Positions 10,040 to 19,126 of a stretch of DNA of 64,000 nt are shown here, in pieces; positions within the stretch are counted from its first letter, which is position 1; each line of letters opens with the position of its first letter. Under the pieces are notes generated by a model. The model was not told the DNA's origin, did no database searches, and saw only the letters and a program-made list of their open reading frames with translations. The DNA is taken from NCBI GenBank assembly GCA_963677295.1, contig OY781931.1; one strand, 5' to 3'. Position numbers and translations under genes: made by a program. The DNA is from Maridesulfovibrio sp. (GTDB lineage Bacteria > Desulfobacterota > Desulfovibrionia > Desulfovibrionales > Desulfovibrionaceae).

Positions 10040-10609
10040 ACTTTCTCCCGAACCCCCTTTTAATTTTATAAGGAGGGATGTGCGTTTCCTGAGGAAAATG
10101 ATACGTTCGCAAAACTTGTTTCTGCAGAAGTTTTAACTCATCCAGTTTAAAATTGATCATTTAATCCTAACAGAAAATGAATATAGTCAGAGTACGGTGG
10201 TCATTGCAAGAATTGAACGCACGCTTTACTGCCAGAATATGGGAAAAATTAAAAAAAAAGTCTAAAATACTTTTACAAGCAATATATTTTAAAAATAACT
10301 TCACAATAAATAAATTCGCAAGTTACATATGGAAATATATTCCTCTAAAAAGCTTACAGCAATTCAAATGTAACTATTTATCACTGAAAAGACACAATCG
10401 AACACGTTTTTACGTTCTGAATTGAGGTAAAAAGCTACCTTCGAAAAATATAATAATAACAAGAGTGAATAATTACTTAGCCACTATTATCGAATATGAG
10501 CCATTGCACTTGGATCAATTTTGATGATAATATATTTAACAATAATAAAGCTGGGAAATAGACAAAATATTCCTTAGCAATCTGTATTCAATTAAAGTGA
10601 GCCCGCATT

Positions 10610-11602
10610 ATGAAGATGGAGAAAAAAGACCAGATGGCAGAAGAAAGTTTCTGCTCAATATCAAGTGATATTTTCAAATTTCTTCCTAAATCAGGACTTC
10701 CTTTTTGCTTATACAGGATGAACCCGCAAACAGGAAATTTTTCTGCTGCGACAACTCCTGGAAAAACAATTGTCAGCGCAGATAAAAAAAGAATATTTAA
10801 AGAATGCGGCAAAGATCTTATTTTCATAAAAAGCTGCGATATTGCTGATTGCCGTCCTTATTTTTGCGCCAATTTAGAAACAGTCATTTCCGACATGGCT
10901 CACTCTATCCCTGATGAAGACATGGCATTGATTATTGTTGAAGCACTCAAAGATGCTTCCAATAAAATTTTCAAAGATTCTCTCAAAAAAAACTTTCACT
11001 ATTTCCACTCAACACTGCTCGCTGCCGGAGAGCTTGTACATACCAATCCTAATATCATCTGGCACATGATCCCGCATTTAGATAAACAACACTCACTTAC
11101 AAACAAATCAATTTCAAACGGAATAATAGGCGCAGGAATTTGTCTGCACGGCAGAGAAGGTAAACCGGACCTTGAGTCTTTCATAGAATCCCTTGTAGCC
11201 CTGTTTCTTTGTGATGTAGGAATGAGCTGCCTGCCTGACTTTGTACTGGGCAAGGAGTTTTCTTTAAGCATTGACGAACAAAAACGCATACGCAATCATC
11301 CTGTCAGTTCCGTTGAAATTCTCAGCATGACAAAGTCTCTCACTAAAACGTCTCTCAGAGCTATCCTTGAACATCATGAAAGAATGGACGGATCAGGCTA
11401 CCCGCGCGGGGTTACAAGCGAAAAAATCTCATGGCTCGGAAAACTGTGTGGCGCTGTAGATTCTTTTGTGGCAATGACAATGATCAGGCCGGGGAAAAAG
11501 TGCATGACAACTGTCGACGCTTTGAAAGCACTATACAAAGAGTCATATCTATATGACCCCAATATTATTTATGCCCTCGAAAAAGTTACCTACAGAGAAT
11601 AA
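10610..11602 (+). CDS. HD-GYP-related domain protein with a degenerate HD dyad and an unassigned N-terminal domain
   Basis: 330 aa. HHERMDGSGYPRG is present, but the position of HD(I/V)GK reads CDVGM. Confidence 0.65.
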   Translation: MKMEKKDQMAEESFCSISSDIFKFLPKSGLPFCLYRMNPQTGNFSAATTPGKTIVSADKKRIFKECGKDLIFIKSCDIADCRPYFCANLETVISDMAHSIPDEDMALIIVEALKDASNKIFKDSLKKNFHYFHSTLLAAGELVHTNPNIIWHMIPHLDKQHSLTNKSISNGIIGAGICLHGREGKPDLESFIESLVALFLCDVGMSCLPDFVLGKEFSLSIDEQKRIRNHPVSSVEILSMTKSLTKTSLRAILEHHERMDGSGYPRGVTSEKISWLGKLCGAVDSFVAMTMIRPGKKCMTTVDALKALYKESYLYDPNIIYALEKVTYRE

Positions 11603-12206
11603 AATAAGCGCAGCTATTTTAGCCGGCGGAGAAGGAAGCCGCATGGGGCACAAGGACAAATCGTGCCTTGAGATTTCCGGTGAAAAAATAATCAACAGAA
11701 TCATCCGTCAATTATCAGGACTTTTCAGCGAAATTTTTGTCATTACCCGAACCCCTGAAAATCATCCGAATTTAAATGTCAGACTTGCCGGAGACATTTA
11801 CCAGCAACGCAGTTCTCTTACCGGGGTGCACGCTGCATTAAGCCACGCTGAAACGGAACATGTTTTCATTACTGCCTGCGACTCACCTTTCTTGAATAAA
11901 AATCTCGTAACAAAACTCATCTCATTGCTTGATCCATCTGATGACGTATTGATCCCTATTCGCAAAAACAAACGATACGAACCGCTTTGCGCTGTATATT
12001 CAAAACGCTGCCTGCCATTTATTGAAAGAAATCTTGATAACGGAATTCTGCAGATCATCAGATTCTTCCCTGAAGTAAAAGTTCATGCTGTAGAAGTCGA
12101 AATTCTCCGGCAACACGATCAGGATCTCGAATCATTTATCAATGTAAACACGCCGGAAGAACTCAGCAAGGCATGTGAGAGAGCGGTTAAATGCGACATG
12201 ACCTAG
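11553..12206 (+). CDS. mobA: molybdenum cofactor guanylyltransferase
   Basis: AAILAGGEGSRMGHKDK nucleotide-binding motif, about 200 aa, followed by moeA. The start is uncertain (ATG 11553 or 11571); either overlaps the end of the preceding gene. Confidence 0.75.
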   Translation: MTPILFMPSKKLPTENKISAAILAGGEGSRMGHKDKSCLEISGEKIINRIIRQLSGLFSEIFVITRTPENHPNLNVRLAGDIYQQRSSLTGVHAALSHAETEHVFITACDSPFLNKNLVTKLISLLDPSDDVLIPIRKNKRYEPLCAVYSKRCLPFIERNLDNGILQIIRFFPEVKVHAVEVEILRQHDQDLESFINVNTPEELSKACERAVKCDMT

Positions 12207-13432
12207 TAAAAGAAACCATATTTCCGCAAAATATCACCCGTCAGGAATGTTTAAAAATTCTTCTGGAAGATATTGCGCAAGTTGCTGAAGAAACTGTTCC
12301 TGTGATAAATTGTTGCGGGCGCGTTGCAACTCAAACCATTTATTCCGACACGTCCATGCCCGAACAGGACAGATCTGCAATGGATGGTTTCGCTCTCACA
12401 TCCGAAGAAACATTTTCAGCAACAATTGACACTCCTGCGGTTTTCACAGTTTCAGGAGAAATAAGGCCGTCATCTGCCGGTGCAAAGAAAACACAAATAA
12501 ACAGCGGTATTAAAATTCTGACCGGAGGAATAATTCCGCTAGGATGTGACTGCGTAATTCCATTTGAGCAGGTTAAAATTTCAGGCGAAACGATTTCAAT
12601 ACCTTCCCCAGTCAAGAAAGGATCTTTCATTCGTCCTGCAGGTTCAGATATCATGCTGGGAGAAATACTCGTTGCAGAAAACACACATATTTCAGCTTGT
12701 ACAGCAGCCCTTCTTGCATATGCCGGGAAACATCATATCCGCGTTCGCAAAACCCCTGAAATCACCGTATTAGCAGTAGGCAATGAACTTTGCAGCCCGT
12801 CTGAAACAGGACCGGAAGGTTTAATACCTGCCGACAATCTGATTTTAATGAAAGGATTGTGTGAAGGGGCCGGAACAGCAGAGGTTGTTATCTCTACCTG
12901 TGAAAACTCACCGGAAGCCATTGCTAAGGCAATTAAAAGAAACTGTAAGTCGGACCTGATCATCACCACAGGCGGAACCGGACCGGGGAATAGAGATTTT
13001 GTTTTTAATTCAATAAAAGACGCTGGCGGAGTCCCGCTTTTCAAAGGATTATCAATACATCCTGCTAAATCAATCTTTGCTTTTAAGCTGAAAAACACCA
13101 CTATTTTAGGACTTCCCGGACCTCCCAATGCGGTACAACTGGCTTTCCATACTATTATAAAACCTACTCTGAAGATCCTTTCAGGATTACCGGATATACT
13201 CAGCACAACCTTGGCCACACTCGAAACGTCTGTAAAAGGAGCCAAAGGACGCGAAAAATTTATTCCATGCCGGATTACCGAAGAAAAAGGATTCATTAAA
13301 GCCAGCCCGCTCGACAGCCGCAATATATCAACAAGGAAATTGATGTGCAATGCAAACGGCATCATTACAATTCCACCGGATTCAGAAACACTTGAAGCAG
13401 GTGAACTTGTGGAAGTTATCAAATCATCTTAA
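12191..13432 (+). CDS. moeA: molybdopterin molybdenumtransferase
   Basis: 413 aa. RSAMDGFAL motif, central MoCF-biosynthesis domain (LIITTGGTGPGNRDF). Overlaps the mobA stop by 16 nt. Confidence 0.8.
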   Translation: MRHDLVKETIFPQNITRQECLKILLEDIAQVAEETVPVINCCGRVATQTIYSDTSMPEQDRSAMDGFALTSEETFSATIDTPAVFTVSGEIRPSSAGAKKTQINSGIKILTGGIIPLGCDCVIPFEQVKISGETISIPSPVKKGSFIRPAGSDIMLGEILVAENTHISACTAALLAYAGKHHIRVRKTPEITVLAVGNELCSPSETGPEGLIPADNLILMKGLCEGAGTAEVVISTCENSPEAIAKAIKRNCKSDLIITTGGTGPGNRDFVFNSIKDAGGVPLFKGLSIHPAKSIFAFKLKNTTILGLPGPPNAVQLAFHTIIKPTLKILSGLPDILSTTLATLETSVKGAKGREKFIPCRITEEKGFIKASPLDSRNISTRKLMCNANGIITIPPDSETLEAGELVEVIKSS

Positions 13433-13592
13433 ACGATTAATCATTACCTTTATACCCCTTACTAATATTCACCCTTCCATCATTAAAAAAGATTTGTTAT
13501 CATAACAGTAACCTGTTTGTTACATTATCGGGACTACATTAAGTAATATTACCTGTACTCTTGCACCATGAAAGCAAAACAACAGGAGAATT

Positions 13593-13643
13593 ATGCAGCA
13601 CTTCCAGTTGTACTTCGCGGACCACATTGAAATAATTTTTTAG
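13593..13643 (+). CDS. 16-codon micro-ORF (MQHFQLYFADHIEIIF) in a tiny stand-alone transcription unit; it may instead mark a small RNA
   Basis: AGGAGAA RBS 2 nt (tt) before the ATG. The stop codon overlaps the stem of a strong terminator. No homology is recognisable. Confidence 0.2.
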   Translation: MQHFQLYFADHIEIIF

Positions 13644-13669
13644 GCGATTCTTTAGAATCGCCTTTTTTT
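13642..13669 (+). terminator. rho-independent terminator
   Basis: AGGCGATTC-ttta-GAATCGCCT perfect 9-bp stem followed by TTTTTTT. Confidence 0.75.
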
Positions 13670-13700
13670 ATTTGAAAAACTACAACCGAGTTGAGGTTTT

Positions 13701-14891
13701 ATGGGACAGAAGAACTTTGTATTAGACACAAATGTGCTTATTGAAAATCCTAAATGCATTGCAACTCTCAGAAACGGACAGGAAAACAAAATACACATCC
13801 CGTACACCGTACTGACTGAACTGGACAAACTTAAGCGGGATCCGCGGGTCGGACACATCGTAGCGCAGGCTGTTAAATTGATTCTAAACGACGACCTTCT
13901 CACAGTCTTCAGACCCGAATTTGCGGAAACACTTACAGATGATACAGCTGATGACCGCATACTCAAAGAAACATTCCACAGTGAAATTGAAGAACCTATT
14001 CTCGTAACAAATGACCGTATCCTTCAAATTAAAGCAGGTTTATACAACCTGAAATGTGAAGGATACAAAGATTCCAATCCCTTCCGGTCTGATTCTCAAC
14101 TTTACACCGGATTTATTGAAGAAGGTGAAGAACCGATTGCCAACTGCTTTCGCTGGGAAAACGGTACACCTGTATTCTATGGAGCAGGCGGAAGTAAGCA
14201 GATTTCATATACCCATAACGTTTGGGGGGTTAAGCCTAGAAATATTTATCAGAATCTTGCTCTTGAACTGATGCTTAACAATAACATAAATCTTGTCTCA
14301 ATTCAGTCAGAGGCCGGATACGGAAAAACATTTCTGGCTCTAGCCTCCGCTTTATACTTAGCTCTTGAAAAAAAAGATAACCCATATGAAAAAGTTTATC
14401 TGGTCAAACCTATTTGGGAAATCGGCGCAAAAATGGGATTCCTGCCCGGTAATATTGAAGAAAAGATGCAACCCTACACGCGTTATATAAAAGATTTAGC
14501 GGTAAAATTGCATGAACAACGACCGGCAAACAGAATTTTCATAGACAACGATTCTGACCTGTACCGTTTTAATCAAAAGAAATTTGAAATACTGCCCATA
14601 GCTTATATTAGGGGCATGAATCTGGACAACTGTATTGTAATAATCGATGAGATGCAGAACATGTCCCGGGCAGAAGTCCGTGCCATGCTTACGCGTATGG
14701 GGGAAGGGGTAAAATGCTTATGCCTTGGAGATACCCGGCAGGTTGATAACCCATACCTTAATGAAAGCAACAACGGGCTAAACTGGGTGGTCAAAAAACT
14801 TAAAAACAATAAAGAATACGCACACATGGTTCTTAAAGGTGAAAAATCACGAGGCCCGATTACGGATATGGTGATCAAAAGCGGCCTTTAA
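13701..14891 (+). CDS. PIN-PhoH fusion ATPase (PhoH2/YlaK-like)
   Basis: 396 aa. N-terminal PIN-like region (NFVLDTNVLIE...TVLTELD) and a C-terminal PhoH ATPase with Walker A GYGKTFLA and Walker B IVIIDEMQN. Confidence 0.8.
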   Translation: MGQKNFVLDTNVLIENPKCIATLRNGQENKIHIPYTVLTELDKLKRDPRVGHIVAQAVKLILNDDLLTVFRPEFAETLTDDTADDRILKETFHSEIEEPILVTNDRILQIKAGLYNLKCEGYKDSNPFRSDSQLYTGFIEEGEEPIANCFRWENGTPVFYGAGGSKQISYTHNVWGVKPRNIYQNLALELMLNNNINLVSIQSEAGYGKTFLALASALYLALEKKDNPYEKVYLVKPIWEIGAKMGFLPGNIEEKMQPYTRYIKDLAVKLHEQRPANRIFIDNDSDLYRFNQKKFEILPIAYIRGMNLDNCIVIIDEMQNMSRAEVRAMLTRMGEGVKCLCLGDTRQVDNPYLNESNNGLNWVVKKLKNNKEYAHMVLKGEKSRGPITDMVIKSGL

Positions 14892-14908
14892 GCTCCTTAC
14901 CTAAAACC

Positions 14909-14944
14909 AAAAAAGGTCTGACTACTTGTAGTCAGACCTTTTAA
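14909..14944. terminator. bidirectional rho-independent terminator between convergent genes
   Basis: aaaaaAGGTCTGACTA-cttg-TAGTCAGACCTtttt, perfect 11-bp stem. Confidence 0.75.
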
Positions 14945-14969
14945 AAGTCATTTTAGCATACATAAAATA

Positions 14970-15674
14970 TTAATCTTTTTTGAAAAGCCTCAAAAGCAGC
15001 TCATCCAAATTATCGCCGTTATCTATTGCGAACTCAATTTCTTCTTCAAGTTCAGCTGCGCCGGTTTTAACGTCTGAAACAGTACAGTCCATATTTAATG
15101 CAACCTCTTCAGGCGGAATGCCATATCTGAAACAAAGATAGTACAAAGCACGTCTGGCAAGAGTTGCATGGTCAGTCTCCTGTTCCATCATCTCTCTGAA
15201 AGTTACTGCAAAAGCTTCTAAAACAGCGTCTAAAATAGAATCAAATGATTGCTCTTCAAGCTTAATCTCAGATAATGATTTCTTCTCAGTCAGGCCGGAA
15301 AATTCAATAGCACTTATTCCGTACCGATTATGAACAATATCTCTCATTCGATTGATACAGTTCAAGATATCTTCCACAGCGTAATATGCTGTTACATCAG
15401 TAATGAATTCAGCCTCTTCAAGTTCACCATTCTCATTATTCTGAAGAGCTATAGTAACTCCCACTTCAGTGGAAAGAACTTCCTGAGCCGCATCTTTTAT
15501 AGTTCCTAAAAGATGCTCTTGCACCCAATTCATTACAAATTCATTAGGCGCAGTAATTTGGACTACACCATCTTCATATCTGGCAGAAAGGGGATCTACC
15601 CAAACCTTCACCAGAACAGGATTAATGCGGACCTTTAATTTTTTCTTAATCGAGTGCCACAAATCGGAATTCAT
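14970..15674 (-). CDS. DnaA paralogue lacking the AAA+ domain (DnaA domain I plus a domain IV-like C-terminus)
   Basis: 234 aa. Residues 1-75 align by eye with DnaA domain I of the adjacent dnaA (WHSIKKKLKVRINPVLVKVWVDPL...APNEFVMNWVQEHLL against WNKILKFLEKGLNPGLFKVWIKPL...APNEFVAAWVRDRLL). The C-terminus (ATLARRALYYLCFRYGIPPEEVALNMDCTVSDVKTGAAELEEEI) resembles DnaA domain IV. There is no Walker A or B motif. Confidence 0.6.
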   Translation of the reverse strand: MNSDLWHSIKKKLKVRINPVLVKVWVDPLSARYEDGVVQITAPNEFVMNWVQEHLLGTIKDAAQEVLSTEVGVTIALQNNENGELEEAEFITDVTAYYAVEDILNCINRMRDIVHNRYGISAIEFSGLTEKKSLSEIKLEEQSFDSILDAVLEAFAVTFREMMEQETDHATLARRALYYLCFRYGIPPEEVALNMDCTVSDVKTGAAELEEEIEFAIDNGDNLDELLLRLFKKD

Positions 15675-15786
15675 TTCCTACCCCTGAAAGTTTCGTTTCA
15701 GTTTAAAACAAGGGGGCTGGTCTTACGACAAATCAACGCCGGATGCAATGAATATCCTTAAGACAAAAAACAACAGGCAAGTCTGA

Positions 15787-17136
15787 CTATGGAGTCAAGC
15801 GATCAACGGTATCCTGCAACTGCCTGCCAAGAGGAGTTTGCAAAGAAATTTCCCGTTCAACATTAGTAATCCCTTTAATTACGGTTGAGTGTCTGCGGCC
15901 GAGTCTTACTCCAATATCTTTCAAAGAGAGTTCAGTGTATTTGCGAGCGAGAAAAAATGCTGTATTTCTGGCTAAAACAATCTGACGTTTACGGCTTTTC
16001 GAGCGAAGCTGATCAGCTGAAAGGTCATATGAACGACAGATGTGCTCAACAATTGAATCATAACTTGGATTTTTATTTGTAACAGAATAATTTTCAAGAA
16101 CCTGCCAAGCTAATTCCTGTGTCAAATTTCTATTGAGCAACCTTGCTTTGAGAACTAGATTCTGCAGACAACTTTCAAGCTGTCTCACATCGGTTGTAAT
16201 ACGGTCTGCGAGCAGCTCCGAGATAGAATCAGGCACCTGAGTGCCAAGACGGATAGCCTTGCTCTGCACAATGCGTTTTCTGGTCTCAAAGTCAGGAGTA
16301 GCAATAACAGCTAAAAGTCCTGAACAAAATCTGGATACCAACTGCGGGTCAACTTTTTCAAGTTCGCGAGGTAGAAAAGAACTTGTCATAACTACTTTTG
16401 AGCCGCGTAACTGCAAACATTTCAAAGTTTCAAGAATCTCATCCTGCATCTTGTGCTTGCCCTGAAAAAAATGAACATCTTCAAGAAGAAGACAGTCAAC
16501 ATTCTCTCTGAACTCGGATTTGAATCTTGAGATTTCGCCGGCCTTAAGAGCCATAACCATTCTATTGGCAAATTCTTCAGCTGTAAGACAGGCAATGGAA
16601 ACGTGCTGCTTATTACTGGTAGCACACAGCCCCTGACCGATCGAATGCAGTAAATGAGTTTTTCCAAGTCCGGGAGTTGAGCTGAGGAACAGCTGATCTC
16701 CGGGCAGGGAATTATCACAAAGACTTCTCGACGCAGCACATGCCAGCTGGTTAGAATCTCCAACGACAAAGTCATCAAACGAAAAACGCCAGCGTGGAAC
16801 TCTAGCAGTTACCGACGGGCGCATCATGGGAAGTCCCATGCTTGTTTGCACCTGTTGCGGACTTTTAGGGCGAACTAAACCAGCAGGTTTATCAGCAACT
16901 TTTTTAACACCAACTTCAACCTTTGGACGAGCGCCAAGAACCTGAGTTCCGGCCTCGGTAATACTGTCTAAAAGACGGTCTCTAACCCACGCAGCAACAA
17001 ACTCATTAGGAGCATATAGCTTAATGGAGTTACTGCTAACTTCAGCCTTCAAAGGTTTGATCCAAACTTTGAATAGACCGGGGTTAAGCCCTTTCTCAAG
17101 AAATTTTAAAATTTTGTTCCAGCTGTCTGTCATCAT
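15787..17136 (-). CDS. dnaA: chromosomal replication initiator protein DnaA
   Basis: 449 aa. Domain I, AAA+ Walker A (GLGKTHLL), Walker B (LLLEDVHFF), and a C-terminal DNA-binding signature (IVLARNTAFFLARKYTELSLKDIGVRLGRRHSTVIKG). Confidence 0.9.
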   Translation of the reverse strand: MMTDSWNKILKFLEKGLNPGLFKVWIKPLKAEVSSNSIKLYAPNEFVAAWVRDRLLDSITEAGTQVLGARPKVEVGVKKVADKPAGLVRPKSPQQVQTSMGLPMMRPSVTARVPRWRFSFDDFVVGDSNQLACAASRSLCDNSLPGDQLFLSSTPGLGKTHLLHSIGQGLCATSNKQHVSIACLTAEEFANRMVMALKAGEISRFKSEFRENVDCLLLEDVHFFQGKHKMQDEILETLKCLQLRGSKVVMTSSFLPRELEKVDPQLVSRFCSGLLAVIATPDFETRKRIVQSKAIRLGTQVPDSISELLADRITTDVRQLESCLQNLVLKARLLNRNLTQELAWQVLENYSVTNKNPSYDSIVEHICRSYDLSADQLRSKSRKRQIVLARNTAFFLARKYTELSLKDIGVRLGRRHSTVIKGITNVEREISLQTPLGRQLQDTVDRLTP

Positions 17137-17356
17137 GGAGGGATAACTAAGTCAAAGGACAACATTACATCAACTCGTAATATAGCACTGAGCACCCGAT
17201 GTTCGCCCTATCTTTTTCTACAAGATAACATATTAATTTATATATATTTTTTAAGTATACAAGCATTTATAGCCTGATCAATGCACCACCGTGAACCTGC
17301 ATGTTTCTTGGGCTGACGCGTGTCAATATCATTATTATAAACACTTGTTGAAAACT

Positions 17357-17365
17357 TTTTCCACA
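17357..17365 (+). promoter_or_regulatory. DnaA-box-like 9-mer TTTTCCACA
   Basis: 8/9 match to TTATCCACA. Confidence 0.4.
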
Positions 17366-17727
17366 TGTTAATTTAAATTTTTCTCTATTTTTCATAAAAT
17401 ATCGCACTTTCTCTCACTGTCATTAAATTTTCTACTCATTATAATATTTTTGAACTTTAAGACAAAAAGCATTTTTTATACTCATAACTACCTAATATAA
17501 CGAATCTTTTACAAAATAACATCCAAAATAGAAACATCTTATAAAAAACATTGTTTAAATAACATTGAGCTGAGCCCAGTAAAACAAAGGGGTTACAGGA
17601 TTTTAAATTTAGAACATTTAATAACATATTGGTTTAAAAGGATTAATATAAGCTTGACATCGCTTAGGGTTATAAACAAACGAATTATGCGGGTAAGAAT
17701 TTGCAAAAATCAACTCTAAACAAATTT

Positions 17728-17736
17728 CTATCCACA
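17728..17736 (+). promoter_or_regulatory. DnaA-box-like 9-mer CTATCCACA
   Basis: 8/9 match to TTATCCACA. Confidence 0.45.
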
Positions 17737-17952
17737 TATTAATTTTTTTAATAAAAATTATATTGAAAATACAGACTAATAAGGTGGGATTAAAAACTAC
17801 AAATTTGCAATTTTATATAACAAAATTGCTAAAAAACAACTAAAACATGTTTTATTACTTATAACGCAAAATAATTAATAATTTTATATTTAAACTTAAA
17901 AAAGAGATAAAATAATTCACCCATGAATAAACATGAGCGGAATATTTTTTTA

Positions 17953-17961
17953 TTATCCATT
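17953..17961 (+). promoter_or_regulatory. DnaA-box-like 9-mer TTATCCATT
   Basis: 7/9 match to TTATCCACA. Confidence 0.3.
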
Positions 17962-17980
17962 ACAAGCTAGTTTTTCGCTT

Positions 17981-18017
17981 AAAAAACAAAAAAGCCTGTC
18001 AGGAATCCGGACAGGCT
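17981..18017 (-). terminator. rho-independent terminator after thyX
   Basis: AGCCTGTC...GACAGGCT 8-bp stem. On the minus strand it is followed by TTTTTTGTTTTTT. Confidence 0.65.
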
Positions 18018-18070
18018 TGATTATGAGCGATAAGAGCTAATTTTCAGGGATGCTATATATAATGTAGTAA

Positions 18071-18814
18071 CTACTTTCTCTCAGTCAGCTCTTTCAAGGT
18101 TGGATACTTACCACATGCAAATCTTTCAGCTTCAGGGCAATACCCCAGCTGCTCGCATCTGGCTCCGCCGTTGCGAAAGATTGCCGGCAGGCTTTCCTTG
18201 CAAAGCTTTAACATTTTATCTGCCATGATACGGACTTCCCATTGCGCACGCTGGCAGCAACGCAGATTGAAAAAATGCATGAGCGAGCGACAGTTCATAG
18301 TTATCACTATCTTCGTTTCTGCGGCCTGCGGCAGCACAAACCTGGCATCCTCATTCGCTTTACTTTCACGCCCTGCAGCAACAAGAATTTCACGCAGGTC
18401 GCTGTATGCAGACCCCACTTCTTCCATAAATTTTTCAAAACGTTCACGTGCTTCGGGAATCTTTTTAATTGCCGGAGGAATGATGTAATCCATATCATTC
18501 TCAGCAACGTAACGCTGACTCTGCTGCGAATAAGACGCAATGCGATGCCTTACGATCTGATGAGAACAGGCTCTGGAAATTCCCTCTACGGCAAACGTAA
18601 AACTCACATGTTCAATAGGACTGTCATGCCCTGACTCAAGAATCTTGGAGACAAAGGCATCCTGCTTTTCCTTTGAAATCTCTCCACTTATAAGTTTCGG
18701 CCACATATCCGCTGTAAACCCGGCATAATAGCACTGCCTAAACGAAGCATAGATAAGTTCAAGTGCATTAGGGGTCATGGATAATAATTCAACTCGTAAA
18801 TCTTTCTCAGGCAT
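18071..18814 (-). CDS. thyX: FAD-dependent thymidylate synthase
   Basis: 247 aa with the ThyX signature RHRIASYSQQSQRY. Confidence 0.9.
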   Translation of the reverse strand: MPEKDLRVELLSMTPNALELIYASFRQCYYAGFTADMWPKLISGEISKEKQDAFVSKILESGHDSPIEHVSFTFAVEGISRACSHQIVRHRIASYSQQSQRYVAENDMDYIIPPAIKKIPEARERFEKFMEEVGSAYSDLREILVAAGRESKANEDARFVLPQAAETKIVITMNCRSLMHFFNLRCCQRAQWEVRIMADKMLKLCKESLPAIFRNGGARCEQLGYCPEAERFACGKYPTLKELTERK

Positions 18815-19126
18815 AAGAGCTCCTTCAATTTAAGGGTCTTCATAAAGTAAAAGCTCTACGGGTGCAAGGAAGCATTACAACCCTCATATTTCTTCAATTT
18901 TATGCTTAAGACATTGCGGTTAATTAAATATAAAATCAAGATGTTACACATCTGTCACGAATTTAGCCTTTTTTTTGCTTGCCACGCGTGGCAATATACT
19001 CTAACTAACCATCCCTTATCTAACCAACTCTATAAAAAACCGACAGCAGACCTTCCGCATCCTTTTTTAGCAATGTAACCCGATTCGGGTAACTAAGCTT
19101 GCGGCAGTCATGTGCCGGAGGAATCC

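Larger units (their letters stand above)
17137..18070. other. candidate chromosomal replication origin (oriC): ~930-bp gene-free, extremely AT-rich region upstream of dnaA
   Basis: No ORF of 60 aa or more on any frame, with long A/T tracts. DnaA-box-like 9-mers: TTTTCCACA (17357), CTATCCACA (17728), TTATCCATT (17953), and TTATAAACA twice (17335, 17670). Confidence 0.5.

Noticed and set aside
10177-10425. 82-aa ORF in the acs / HD-GYP intergenic region
   Set aside because: It lies in very AT-rich DNA, has a Lys/Asn/Ile-rich low-complexity translation and has no RBS. It is most likely a chance ORF in a promoter region.
12733-13422. 229-aa minus-strand ORF inside moeA; similar antisense ORFs occur inside pepA (22873-23433), thyX, typA, purB, acs and the tmc genes
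   Set aside because: All are fully nested antisense to genes with strong family signatures, and they lack RBSs and recognisable motifs.
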